NCBI RefSeq assembly: GCF_000372725.1
Contig: NW_005201287.1
Location: 1,147,081 to 1,180,512 of the forward strand
Origin: Emiliania huxleyi CCMP1516
Lineage: Eukaryota
Reading direction: 5' to 3'
Length of the DNA: 33,432 nucleotides
Shown in pieces: positions 20,828-31,607 of this stretch. The stretch's first letter is position 1. Every line of letters begins with the position of its first letter. A program made the position numbers and the translations under genes. The notes below the pieces were generated by a model, which was not told where the DNA came from, searched no databases, and was given only the letters and a program-made list of their open reading frames with translations.

Positions 20828-21952
20828 ATGGCACCGCTGCTGAACGATCTTCCGCGCGACAATCTCGTCCTCATCGCCGCAGCGATGCGCGAACTCGTGC
20901 GCGAGCACCAGGATGGCTGGGTCCGCAAGGCGGACGACCGCCGCATCTTCGACATTTGTGAGCCTGGGTTCGCCTTCATGCGCATGAGCATGACGTGCAA
21001 GCTTTGGTCGACGCTTATTCACGACGCGTGGTCGGCGAAGCCAAATCTGATCAACGCGTTTGCTCTCAAGAAGATCAGCGCCGAGATGCAATTATCCAGC
21101 GGCGTCTTTGACGAGGCCAACGACGAAGCGTCGGGTGAGGATTCGGACGAGGACAGCCCGTCCTGGCGCCGCGCCGAATGCGCGCTGCTCGTGGGCTTCT
21201 CCACAAGCTACACGGCCCTGCGCGAGTCGCTCTGCACCGGACGCCGCTTCTGGTATGGTGGCGCCGATGGGGAAGTGTCCAACCTCATGTCCGACGATCC
21301 GCCGATGCCGGAGGATGGGCGTACTTTCGGTTTGACGGAGATTCCCAACGTCGACGCCATCCGCGACGGCAGCGCGTGGGTCAAGTACAGGATGCCCGAG
21401 CGCGTGTCCGAGATCTCGCGACTCCTCAAGGCGCGCGGCGGCCTCCTCGACCTGAAATGCTTCTGCACTGGCGGCATGAGCTCCGCGGGCGAGACGGTTG
21501 TCGTGGGCTACAAGATTGGCGACGTGCACTGGCGCCATGCGCGCGCGCTGCTCGGCGACCTCGAAGACCTTGAAGGAGCCGTCGGCGATTCTGACTTTAG
21601 CGATGACGACATGTTCGGCCACCGCGAGGGTCCGTTCGCGCACGAGTGCTTCTTTCCCCTCGACGACGAGCACGAAGAGTTCCTCGCACCCTTCGCGCCG
21701 GTGCACAAGGCGTGCTTCGTCGAGGCGCTCGAGCCGCTCTTCGGCGAGCTGCTCGCCGACTTCTGGGAGGAGGCCAAGCCGCAGTACGGTACGCTGCACA
21801 AGAAGGCGCGCATGCGCAAGCCGCAGTTCTTCCTGGGCGGCCAAGCGGGAGACCAGTCCAGCCTCAAGTACCAGCTTGCGATGGCGGAGAAGGAGAAGAA
21901 GGAGCGACTCGCGGCGGCGACGTCGCCGCCGTCCAAGGATGAGGACGAGTGA
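20828..21952 (+). CDS. Intronless hypothetical protein (374 aa) with a possible degenerate N-terminal F-box
   Basis: Clean ATG-TGA ORF with coding-like composition; LLNDLPRDNLVLIA...FMRMSMTCKLWSTLI resembles an F-box with an insertion. Confidence 0.72.
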   Translation: MAPLLNDLPRDNLVLIAAAMRELVREHQDGWVRKADDRRIFDICEPGFAFMRMSMTCKLWSTLIHDAWSAKPNLINAFALKKISAEMQLSSGVFDEANDEASGEDSDEDSPSWRRAECALLVGFSTSYTALRESLCTGRRFWYGGADGEVSNLMSDDPPMPEDGRTFGLTEIPNVDAIRDGSAWVKYRMPERVSEISRLLKARGGLLDLKCFCTGGMSSAGETVVVGYKIGDVHWRHARALLGDLEDLEGAVGDSDFSDDDMFGHREGPFAHECFFPLDDEHEEFLAPFAPVHKACFVEALEPLFGELLADFWEEAKPQYGTLHKKARMRKPQFFLGGQAGDQSSLKYQLAMAEKEKKERLAAATSPPSKDEDE

Positions 21953-22219
21953 ACGAAATGCTGAATCCTCAATCCATACTGAATACCACTTTCACAGAGA
22001 CATACAGCTTAGTGTCGCTGAACACATTCGTCCGATTCGAGGTCTCTGAGTACTAGACGAACGGAAAAGGTCCCTGTACGAACGAAAAATGTGTCGTTTT
22101 CTAGCCGCGGCCATGGTTACAGACAGCACTGTGAAAGTAAAGTCAGCCCGCCGCATTCTGTGGTTCGGAAGCTCCGTAGAGCGCCCCAAAACACACTGCG
22201 CAGGCAGACGCGACCCGCA

Positions 22220-22779
22220 ATGCACAGCCTCCGTCTGGGCGCCACAATTGCGGCGCGGCGCTGCATGTCCTCCCGGACGAGCGTCGGTTTCGGTGCTGCT
22301 CCGTGGGGAGATCTGACGAACTCGTCTCGAGCTGTGCGAGTCGGGGACACGATTCACATCTCGGGCGCGAACTCTGCCTCGCCGAACTGTGCTCGCCTTG
22401 CAGCATGACCCACAGCGTGTGAATCGCAGGCACAGTGGCGCAGGGCGAGACGGCCGCTGAGCAGGTGCATGGCTGCTTCGAGCTCATTGGCCAGTCGATC
22501 AAGGACGCCGGTGGGCGCGGGCTAGAGGACGTCGTGATAACCCGCATGATCGCCGCCAATGTGGTGGGCGACTTGGACGAGCTGGCGAAGGCGCACCATC
22601 AGGTGCATGCGCACCGCGCCCTGCGCTCACGCCGTCACGGCGAGCGCATCACCTGCGGCGGCACGCTGGTGCGGGACTGGATCAAGGTTGAGATCGAAGC
22701 CACGGGCATCGTACGTAGGGAGCTAGTCCCCCCGGGTGCTCCGAGACCGCGGGATGGGGTAGGGGGGGAGGGGTACTAA
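22220..22779 (+). CDS. RidA/YjgF/UK114-family protein with putative organelle-targeting N-terminus; intron 22365-22429
   Basis: APWGDLTNSSRAVRVGDTIHISG|TVAQG...EQVHGCFELI...LEDVVITRM...LAKAH...LVRDWIKVEIEATGIV; Arg/Ser-rich N-terminus. Confidence 0.82.
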
Positions 22780-23420
22780 ACGCTCGCAGCACGCAGCCAC
22801 CACGCGTGCTCCCAGTGCGCGCGCTCCAGACGGTGTAGAATTTTCTTTGAGGGATTTTCGATGATTCAGCCAACGAACGTCAGAGCCTCTCACAGAGCCG
22901 GGGACGCCCGGTCCCGCGCGTTTTGCTTTTGCGTAAAATAAGAGATATGGGTTGGCTCGTCGTTGGCCGGTATCTTCTTCTCAAAAATGAAAAAAAGTCT
23001 GTGAGTCCGACACCCTCGTCCCTCGGAGCATTAAGTACTGCTCGTGCAGGTGAGGACCCTGCGCTGGCAGACCGGCGTCGACGGCATCGCTCAGGCTCGA
23101 GCAAAGCCCGCTTGGCTGATGTTCGAAGGCGGCGGCGGAGGCGCTCCGGCAGCGGCACGCGTGGGGGGCGTCGAGGCTACCACGACCACGACTCGGTTGC
23201 TATTGTTTTGATACAGGCGGATGTAATTTTCTTAATTGGACACGGGGAGGCACTTGCGCAAGCGGCAAGGGTTAGTAGCAAGGGAGTCTAGGCGAGCATC
23301 ATGCTCAATGGATGGTCTCCACACGGAGGCTACCTTCCCCGGCCTAGGGATGTCTGATACAACACTGTGCACATTACCAATCGTAGTTGTAATGGTTCCA
23401 GGTACGGCTTTCATGCTCTT

Positions 23421-24090
23421 TCATGTCTGTAACCCGCTGATCTTCCCTCTTTCGTACGAGTAGCCTGCGTCCCTGCAGTCAGCGGGCCTCCATCCCGCAG
23501 CCCTCGCATCCCTGCACGTGAAGCCTGCTACGCGTGCTTCCGATAACGCAAATCCACGTTCGCACATCTGAAGAAATGTGTAGCCCGCCGCTTTTGCATC
23601 TTGGCACGTCCAGCCCCACAGCTTGACTGTTGCGCAAGAGTTTTAGCCCAGCTGGTTGGCCCGCCACTGCTTGCCCTCGCGCTTGCCCGTTTTCGCGAAT
23701 TCCTCCTGGGCCTCAAGCTCCGCTAGGCGATTCGCTCTGGCCTGCACTGGTGTTAAAGAAGGCGGAACCAGGGAGCTCTGTCGAAGCGCCTCTATCTCCT
23801 CCCGCATGCGCTGGCCCGACGTCTCAAGCTGCACCACCTGAGCTCTGAAAGCCGGCACAGCCCGGTGCAATTCCTCAAGTTCTTGCACCCGTGCCTGCAG
23901 CGTCGTAACCTGGCTTTGCAACACCTGCACCGTCTGAGCTGCAGCTGCAAGCTTCCCTTCAGTTGTGTGATTAAGCGCAGCAATGCGGCCGACGACGCGT
24001 GTGGCTTCGGCGGTAGCGGCACTCACAGCCTGCTGCGTCACCGCACCCTGCGCGGCAATCTGGCGCTTGACCTCATCGGTGCGTGTTAGT
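23421..24090 (-). pseudogene. 5'-truncated coiled-coil plus 10-aa-repeat gene with an in-frame TAA
   Basis: Coiled coil (VQVLQSQVTTLQARVQELEEL), TAA at 23643-23645, then in the same frame TCQDAKAAGY / TFLQMCERGF / ALSEARVAGF / TCRDARAAGW / RPADCRDAGY. Confidence 0.65.
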
Positions 24091-24146
24091 GCGTGACCGA
24101 CGAGTGCACTCTGAAAAGAAAACGACGCGGCGTTTTCTTTCTTGCG

Positions 24147-25580
24147 ATGTCCACCCCGCCGCGCCGCCGCTCGCGCCGCCTCGCTGCCGCCGCCGCCGCG
24201 CCCTCGCCAAGCGCGCCGCCGTCCATCCGCCTCCTCAACCTCCCCACGGAGCTCCTCGTGCGCGCCCTCTCTCGCTGCGACCCCGCAGACATCGCTCGCG
24301 TCGCGGCCGTCTCGCTGCTCTTCCACGCCTCGCTTGCGCTGGAGGGCATCCGGTTGTGGGCGCGAGAGCGCGGCTACGAGCTTCCGGCGCAGCCCGAGGG
24401 CGAGAGCTGCGCCGTGCGGTGGCTGTGCTTCGCTGCGCTGCTGCGCGAGTCCAACCCGGCGGCGAGGGCGGCGGCAGGCCAGTACCACAGCCTCTTCATC
24501 GACGGCGGGGGGCGGCTCTCGTCGTGCGGCTCAGCGCCGTCCTTCGACAGACCAGGACTGCTCGGGCACGGCGAGGGAGTGACGCGGCTCAACACGCCGA
24601 CCCGCCTCCCCTCTCCGCTGGGCGGCGAGCGCGTCGTGAGCGTGTCGGCTGGAGAGGACCACAATCTCGCCCTCACCGCCGACGGAGCCGTCTGGAGCTG
24701 GGGCTTGGGGGGGCAAGGCCAGCTGGGCCACGGCGACCAGCAGGACCAGCTGCTGCCAAAAAAGATCGAGGCTTTGGCTTGCCACAGCGTCGTCGCTGTG
24801 TTGGCTGGGGCTGGAGGGGCTCACAGCCTCGCCCTCACCGGCGGCGGCAGTGTCTGGAGCTGGGGCTGGGGATACTTTGGCCAGTTGGGCCACGGCGACC
24901 ATCAGAACCAGTTGCAGCCGAGTAAGATCGAGGCCTTGGCTGGCCAGCGCGTCGTCGCTGTGTCGGCTGGATACAGCCACAGCATCGCCCTCACCGACGG
25001 CGGCAGTGTCTGGAGCTGGGGCTTTGGAGGCCAAGGCCGGCTGGGCCACGGCGACGAGCAGAACCAGCTGCTGCCGAAGAAGATTGAGGCCTTTGCTGGC
25101 CGGCGCATCGTCGCTGTGTCGGCTGGGCCTATCCACAACCTCGCCCTCGCCGCCGACGGCGCCGTCTGGAGCTGGGGCAGTGGACGCGAGGGCAAGCTGG
25201 GCCACGGCGACGTGCAACGCCAGCTGCTGCCGAAGAAAATCGAGGCGTTGGCAGGGCGGCGCGTCGCCGCTGTGTCGGCTGGAGTATGGCACAATCTCGC
25301 CATCACTGCCGACGGCGCCCTCTGGAGCTGGGGCAGTGGAGGCTTTGGCATGCTGGGCCACGGCAACGAGCAGCACCAGCTGCTGCCCAAGAAGGTTGAG
25401 GCGTTGGCTGGCCAGCGCACCGTCGCTGTGTCGGCTGGAGAGGACCACAGCATCGCCCGCACCGCCGACGGCGCCGTCTTTACCTGGGGCGTGGGTGAAC
25501 GCGGCTGCCTAGGCCATGGAGAGGACCTGTCGAACCAGCTGCTGCCCAAGAAGATCGAGGCATGCGCGCCGGGGCAGTGA
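24147..25580 (+). CDS. RCC1-repeat beta-propeller protein with F-box-like N-terminus (intronless)
   Basis: About seven ~52-aa repeats VVAVSAG..HS/NLALTADGAVWSWG.G..GQLGHGD...QLLPKKIEALAG; N-terminal LLNLPTELLVRAL..D...IARVAAVS. Confidence 0.93.
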   Translation: MSTPPRRRSRRLAAAAAAPSPSAPPSIRLLNLPTELLVRALSRCDPADIARVAAVSLLFHASLALEGIRLWARERGYELPAQPEGESCAVRWLCFAALLRESNPAARAAAGQYHSLFIDGGGRLSSCGSAPSFDRPGLLGHGEGVTRLNTPTRLPSPLGGERVVSVSAGEDHNLALTADGAVWSWGLGGQGQLGHGDQQDQLLPKKIEALACHSVVAVLAGAGGAHSLALTGGGSVWSWGWGYFGQLGHGDHQNQLQPSKIEALAGQRVVAVSAGYSHSIALTDGGSVWSWGFGGQGRLGHGDEQNQLLPKKIEAFAGRRIVAVSAGPIHNLALAADGAVWSWGSGREGKLGHGDVQRQLLPKKIEALAGRRVAAVSAGVWHNLAITADGALWSWGSGGFGMLGHGNEQHQLLPKKVEALAGQRTVAVSAGEDHSIARTADGAVFTWGVGERGCLGHGEDLSNQLLPKKIEACAPGQ

Positions 25581-26081
25581 TGAGGGGCGCCCGGGACCCC
25601 GAGCCCTCGCACGCCAGTTAGCGTTCGGCTGCTCGAATTCTTTATTCTGTGGAGAGCTTTGCCCGCAGCTTTGCCCGCAGGACGGCACAAGTTTTCTTTT
25701 CTCCTGTTTGTGTTAGTGCCCGTGCGCGCCAGTCCCGTGCCCAGTGCCGTGCGAGGGAGCTTTGTACCTTTGTTGGGGCACTTGGACGGTGCAGTCAGCA
25801 ACCGCACATCGCCGCAGGGCCGGGGGGCTAAGAAGCACACAAGAAAGAGGCCAGTCCCGTGCCCAGCCAGTGCTGTGCGGAGTCGCTTGCGGCTTGGCGG
25901 CTCCCGTGCGCCGTGGTCTGTACCTGAATAGATAGTGCCAGTGCGCGCCATTCCCGTGACAGTGTTGTGAGAGACCTAAGAGAGGGATGGGATGACGGCA
26001 CCCCGCCATCTCAAAAATGGGAATAAATTCTTGCAGTGTTGGGTGACGCGAATGCCCCGTCCCAGTGGCGCGCGCGCCGCG

Positions 26082-29000
26082 ATGAGCAGGCCGGCACTGG
26101 TCTGGGCGGACGGCTCCTACGCGGCGGATGAGTACTCGGAGGAGGGCGAGGTGAGCGAGGTTGAGATGTACGACGAGAGTGAGGTTGTGGATCTGGTGCG
26201 CGAGCGGGCGAACGCCGGAGCAAACTCTGTCGGCGACGAGGCCCTCGCCCGCGCCCTGGCCTCTCAGCGCAGCGAGCGGACGTGCGTGGCTCAGCGCCGC
26301 GCAGCGCACGGCTCCGACTCGGACGATGACACCGTCGGTGATACGGCTGCTGCTCGCGGCGGCGACGGGAGTGCTTGCGGGAGCGGGAGCGGCTCTGCTG
26401 GCGCGGGCGCGGCCGGGAAGCGGCCGCTGGCTGCACCTCGATCCGGCAGACCGCTCGGCCGAGCATCCGCCGAGAGCGGCGCGCGACCGTCCAAGCAGAG
26501 CCGACTCGACGCCACGCCGCGGCACGACGGCGGCGGCTCGAGTCGGGACGGGGAGAGCAGCGCGCGGCCAGCGGAAGCCTCTGCGGAGGCGGAGGGGCGG
26601 GAGGCGGGAGACGGGTCGGCGCCGAGAACGTGGGCGGAGGCGGAGGCGGGCGCGAACGAGAGCGGGGACGAGGGCGAGGGCGAGGAGGCGGAGGGTGCGC
26701 ACGTCCCCGGCCTGACGGTTCCACGCCGGCTGTGGCGGCGCATGTTCGAGCACCAGCGGATGTGTCTGCAGTGGCTGTGGGAGCTGCACCAGCAGGAGGT
26801 GGGAGGCATCCTCGGCGACGAGATGGGGCTCGGCAAGACGCTGCAGGTCATCGCCCTCCTCGCCAGCCTGCAGGCCTCGGGCCGCGCCGGCCCCGCGCTC
26901 GTCGTCTGCCCCGCGACCGTGCTGCTGCAGTGGCGGCGCGAGATCGAGCGGTTTGCGCCAGAGATCTCGCCGGTCGAGGTGCTACACCACTCGCAGGGCG
27001 GCGCCGACCCGGGCAACCGGCTCGCGCTGCTGCGATCCGTCTGCTCCCCTCGCGGCGGGCGGCCGGAGGGCGCCTGCTCCGTCTGCGTGACGTCGTACGA
27101 GATGGTCCGCTCGCACGCGTCCCAGCTGCTGCGGCAGCCGTGGCAGTACGTGGTGAGGCGGCGAGCGGCGCGCGACGCGAGGCCTCGGCGCCCGCGCCCA
27201 CCCGCCCCCTCCTTGCGCCAGGTGCTCGACGAAGGGCACAAGATCCGCAACCCGCACGCAGAGATCACGCAGGTGTGCAAGCAGTTCAACACGGCGCACC
27301 GGCTGATCCTCTCGGGCGCGCCCATCCAGAACAAGCTCACCGAGCTGTGGTCCCTATTCGACTTTGTCTTCCCCGGCAAGCTCGGCACGCTGCCCACCTT
27401 TGAGGAGCACTTTGCCCTCCCCATCGCGATGGGCACTTACGCAAACGCCTCCGAGTTCAAGGCGCGAGAGAGTGGCCGAGAGTGGCCGAGAGTGGCCGGC
27501 ATGTCCAGGACATGCACACGCACAACATGTACATGTACATGTCACATGTCTTTGGCATGCCGCGTAGGTTGAGACGGCCGCGCGCTGCTCGATGGTGCTG
27601 CGCGACCTGCTGCGCCCGTACCTGCTGCGCCGGATGAAGGCGGACGTGTCGGTCGCGCTGCCGGACAAGTCGGAGAAGGTTCTCTTTTGCCGGCTGACGC
27701 AGACGCAGCGCGACGCGTACGAGGCGTACCTCGCGACGGACCACGTCGAGGCCGTCCTCTCCGGCCGCGCGCACGCGTTCGCCGCGCTCACCTCCCTCCT
27801 CAAGGTTTGCAACCACCCGCACTTGCTCAATTGGGACGCGCAGGACCGGCAGGCGGCGGCGGCGGCGGAGCAGGGCGTGAGCGGCGCGCCGCGTTACGGC
27901 GACTGGCGCCTCTCTGGCAAGATGCGGGTGCTGCATCAGGTGCTGCGAACGTGGCACAAGGGCGGCGACCGCGTGCTGCTCTTTTGCCAGACGCGCCAGA
28001 TGCTCGACATCGTCCAGTCGTACGTCGACCAGCAGGGGTACGCGCACTCGCGCCTCGACGGAAACACGTCGGTCGCGCAGCGGCTCAAGCTCATCGACAC
28101 CTTCAACCAGGACGACTCCATCTTCCTCTTCTTGCTCACCACCCGCGCCGGCGGCCTGGGCATCAACCTGACGGGCGCAAACCGCGTCGTGCTCGTCGAC
28201 CCGGACTGGAACCCCGCGAACGACCTGCAGGCGCGGGAGCGAGCCTGGCGCGTCGGCCAGACGCGCGCGGTGGCGGTCTTCCGGCTGGTGACTGGCGGGA
28301 CGCTCGAGGAGAAGGTGTACCAGCGGCAGGTCTTCAAGCAGGTGCTCTCCAACCGCGTCCTCACCGAGGGGGCGCAGAAGAACAAGACTCTCCGACGCTC
28401 CGACCTGCGCGATCTCCTCGCGCCGCCCTCGGAGGACGCCAGCGCCGACGACGACGCGGCGGCGGCGGCGGCGCGCACCGCGGCCGCCGCCGCGGCGGGC
28501 GGCGACAGCGGCGGGGGCGGTGGGGCGCAGGCGGCGAGCGGGGACAACGCGGCCGGCGGCAGCAGCGCGGCAGGCGGGCGCGTCGCAAAGCTCGAGGAGA
28601 CGGGCCTGCTCGAGAAGCTGCTTCGGGGCGACATGCTGTCTGGGACGCTCGACCACGAGAGAGAGGTGGGGTCGGGCAAAGGCCGCGACGCGAGCATGCC
28701 GTCGAAAGAGGCTCGCCAGGTGGCCGAGCGGGCCGCCGCGGCGCTGCGCCGCTCCACCGACGATTGCGCCAGCCGGCCTTCGATGCGGCTGCCCACCTGG
28801 ACCGGCCGCAACGACGGCGCGGGCGCGCCCCACCGCTTTGGTCAGGCCCTCTCGCGCAAGATCGCCGCCAGCGCCGCGTCGGCGTCGGGGGGGAGCGCCG
28901 GAGGCTCCTTCTTTGCTGCGGGGCAGGGCGCGGCGGCGGCAATTGGGTCGTCGGCGTTGCTGCAGCGCGTGCGAGAACGGCAGGGGCGCACCGGCGACGA

Positions 29001-29310
29001 CGCGGGCGAGTCGGCGGGCGGGAGCAGCAGCGGCGGCGGTGGCGGCGGCGGTGGCGGTGGCGGTGGCGGCGGTGGCGGTGGCGGTGGCGGCGGCGGCGGG
29101 GCCACGTCGGCTGCAGAGAACATCGCCGCCAGTCTGCTGCAGGAGCTCTGCTCCTTTTTCCGCTCGCACGGCGGGCGCGTGTCGTCCGAGCAGCTCGTCG
29201 CGCGCTTTCGCGCGTGCCCTGAGCCGCACTTGTTTAAGCAGCTTCTCAAGCAGGTTGCGAAGCAGCAGCGGAAGGTATGGATCCTCGACGCGAGCCTCGC
29301 GGAGGGCTAG
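26082..29310 (+). CDS. ERCC6: ERCC6/CSB/Rad26 transcription-coupled repair SNF2 ATPase; introns 27153-27221 and 27462-27567 (alternative starts at 25992 and 26052)
   Basis: QWLWELHQQEVGGILGDEMGLGKT; YV|VLDEGHKIRNPHAEIT..CKQFNTAHRLILSGAPIQNKLTELWSLFDFVFPGKLGTLP; PDWNPANDLQARERAWRVGQ; EEKVYQRQVFKQ; C-terminal PTWTG motif and winged-helix-like end (FFRSHGGRVSSEQLV..F...LFKQLLKQVA....WIL), all typical of CSB. Confidence 0.92.
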
Positions 29311-29564
29311 CCTCGCGGATTTATTGTGTGATGGATGCGGGCCGAGTGGATGCAGGGAGCTAGGGGCGTGGAGCGAGCGGACTCTCTGTCCGTGTCGTGG
29401 AGAGAGAGAGAGTACTTCGTGCGGTGAGCGAGCCTTGTGTGAGGGGTCGACAGAGGAGTGCGCGCCGGGCGCCGGCGGCGGCGACGCGTGTTGCCACGCG
29501 TCGGCTGTGTTTTTACATATAGATTATAGTGCGGGCTGTGCTGCGCGGCTCCCCGCGCCCTCTT

Positions 29565-29656
29565 GGTACTTGGAGCACTCGTTGGGAGTGCACAGTCATT
29601 CAGCCTCACATCCAGGGCCGGGGAGCTAAGAAGCGCACCCAGCGAGCCAGGTGATC
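29565..29656 (-). repeat. Dispersed ~90 bp repeat, copy 2
   Basis: Reverse complement matches 642-726. Confidence 0.8.
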
Positions 29657-29881
29657 GGGATCGGGTCTTACACCGCACGGGGGCGAGATCCTACCATGGA
29701 TCCTACGCGCTACATGCAACATGGGCCCTTGGCCCCTTGCGCCTTGGGGTCCTTTACGTTTTTTATCGAAAACGGTGATAGGCCTTGTGAATATTGTGCG
29801 CCCCGTCAGACAATGAATAATCAATGTGTGTGACTTGAGCACTCTCTCCTGCCGTGTTATAATGAACGTGTGCGGGCGTCG

Positions 29882-30831
29882 TCATGACAACGGATCACGT
29901 GACGCTGCCCATACCTCTGCCAGTGTGTGGAACTCGCCGTTCTCACCAAAGGCGTCCACTCCGGGCGGGAGCGAGGACACAAACTGCGCGCTGAAGAGGT
30001 CGCCGACAGCCACGGCGCCGCCCGTCTGCGCGCACACGCGGCATGGCGTGCCGGAGGCCTCGAGGTCACGCATCAAGGATTCATACGGCGCCTGCCAGAG
30101 CGGACAGTGCAGCGTTGCGCCAAGCGCTCGCACCGCCGGCCCGATGCGCTCCTCGCGCCATGCGGCGACGTGCTCGAGGTGAAGGTCGCCGGTGCAGACC
30201 CGCGCCACCGGCGCCGGCGCAGATCTCTGCACGAGCCGGAGCGCCTTTGGACAAGGGGCGGTGAGGCTGGGAGCGGCTTTGGTGGTGGCTGGGTGTTGGC
30301 TGTTGGCGGTGTTACCTCGTCCAGCCGAGTGCCGTACGGAATGTGGGGCACGAGCGGGCAGCCAACGAGGGGCAGGTCGAGCGATTCGGCTTGCTCGCAG
30401 ATGGCGTCGATCTGCACCTCCTGGTGTGCCACTTGGCGACTTCCGGCGTCAAAGGTCGTCAAGAGCACGAGCCTTCGCTTGTTGCCGTGCTCGCGGCAGA
30501 GGGCCCGAGCGGCGAGAAGGCTGTCCTTGCCGCCTGACCAGAGGAGGACGTCTATGCCGGCGTCGGCGTCCAGCTCGACCAGGCTACCCCGCAGCAGCGC
30601 CGGCGTCTGAATCTTTGCCGCGCGACGCTGGACTGGCACGGCAGCGTGGTTGAATGGGCAATGCCGGCACCCACACCCGCAGCATTTCTTGCGCGCCGCG
30701 AGCGCCGTGGCGGTGAAGACGCTGTAGCCAGTCTTTGGGTCATTGTACGTTGGGTTTCCCGCGGCGACGGCCGCATCGTGCCGCGAGGCGATCTCGCTGC
30801 TCGCGCAGCAGTCCTCGATGTCGTCGCACAT
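29882..30831 (-). CDS. DUF5522/C1orf53-like Cys-rich domain fused to a diphthine-ammonia-ligase-like (Dph6/DUF71) PP-loop ATPase; intron 30245-30315
   Basis: H..AV..G..TYNDPKTGYSVFT......RKKCCGCGCRHCPF; LLWSGGKDS; GDLHLEHVAAWRE; PLWQ; GVDAFGENGEFHT. Exons of 516 and 363 nt join in frame across a GT-AG intron. Confidence 0.85.
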
Positions 30832-31188
30832 GTGGCGACGCGAGCAGCCGATGCCGGTGCGGCCGGCGGTGCGAGCCAACGCGCCCAGGCGAATCGTGCT
30901 TCCGTATTGCGTGTAAACTGCGCCACTGCGGGGTCGGCGCCGCGATCAACCACACGCAGCGAGCGGCGCAGAGCGTCGTCCCGTGCTCTGCAAGAATTTG
31001 ACAACGCGGCAGAAGCGGGGAGACGGAGTCCCAGTTTTGAACGTGTGGGCGGCAGCTGTCTGTTTACAGGCGCTGGCCGCCCGCGCGCGCGCCGGACCGG
31101 CTCCGGCACGTCCGGCGCTGGGCGGCGCGCGTCCACACTGCGCGTCGCGCAAAAGGCGAGCGCTCGCCGCCGCTACGGCGGCGGCGGC

Positions 31189-31272
31189 GGCCGACGGCCG
31201 ACGGCCGACGGCCGACGGCCGACGGCCGACGGCCGACGGCCGACGGCCGACGGTAGACGGCAGACGGCAGAC
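31189..31272. repeat. (GGCCGAC)n heptamer array
   Basis: 9 perfect units plus 3 variants (GGTAGAC, GGCAGAC x2). Confidence 0.95.
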
Positions 31273-31540
31273 GGCCTAGGGCTCGGCTGGGCGCGCACGC
31301 GCGCGCGTCGCGCGCCACGCGTCGCTCCGCGAGGGCGCGCGCCAACCGCGATTCGAACCGGGGCCAAAAGGCGCCTGGAGCGACCGCGGTCCGGTCGCGC
31401 CACCGCGGCTGCGGGGCTGATAGAGCAGGCCGGCTGCGGCTCCTGATGTACCTCCGCTTTTGGGTGGCGGTCGCGCGCTGCCGACGGCGCTCGCCGGCGC
31501 TACGGCGCTCGCGGCGCGCTCGTGGCGTTCAGGGCGGCTC

Positions 31541-31554
31541 GCACACGCACACGC

Positions 31555-31605
<51 letters not shown>
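31541..31605. repeat. (CA)n microsatellite with GCACAC lead-in
   Basis: Directly visible. Confidence 0.95.

Positions 31606-31607
<2 letters not shown>

Noticed and set aside
23643..23645. Stop-codon reassignment or readthrough of TAA
   Set aside because: Single case in a start-less fragment; TAA appears to end the RidA gene normally, so pseudogenisation is simpler
24147..25580. UVR8 photoreceptor
   Set aside because: Lacks the repeated GWRHT tryptophan motifs; a generic RCC1-repeat protein
29030..29100. (GGC/GGT)n tract as a separate element
   Set aside because: In-frame poly-Gly linker within ERCC6
13746..29310. Two SNF2 ATPases as a tandem duplication or functional cluster
   Set aside because: Different subfamilies, intron positions and accessory domains; proximity is probably coincidental
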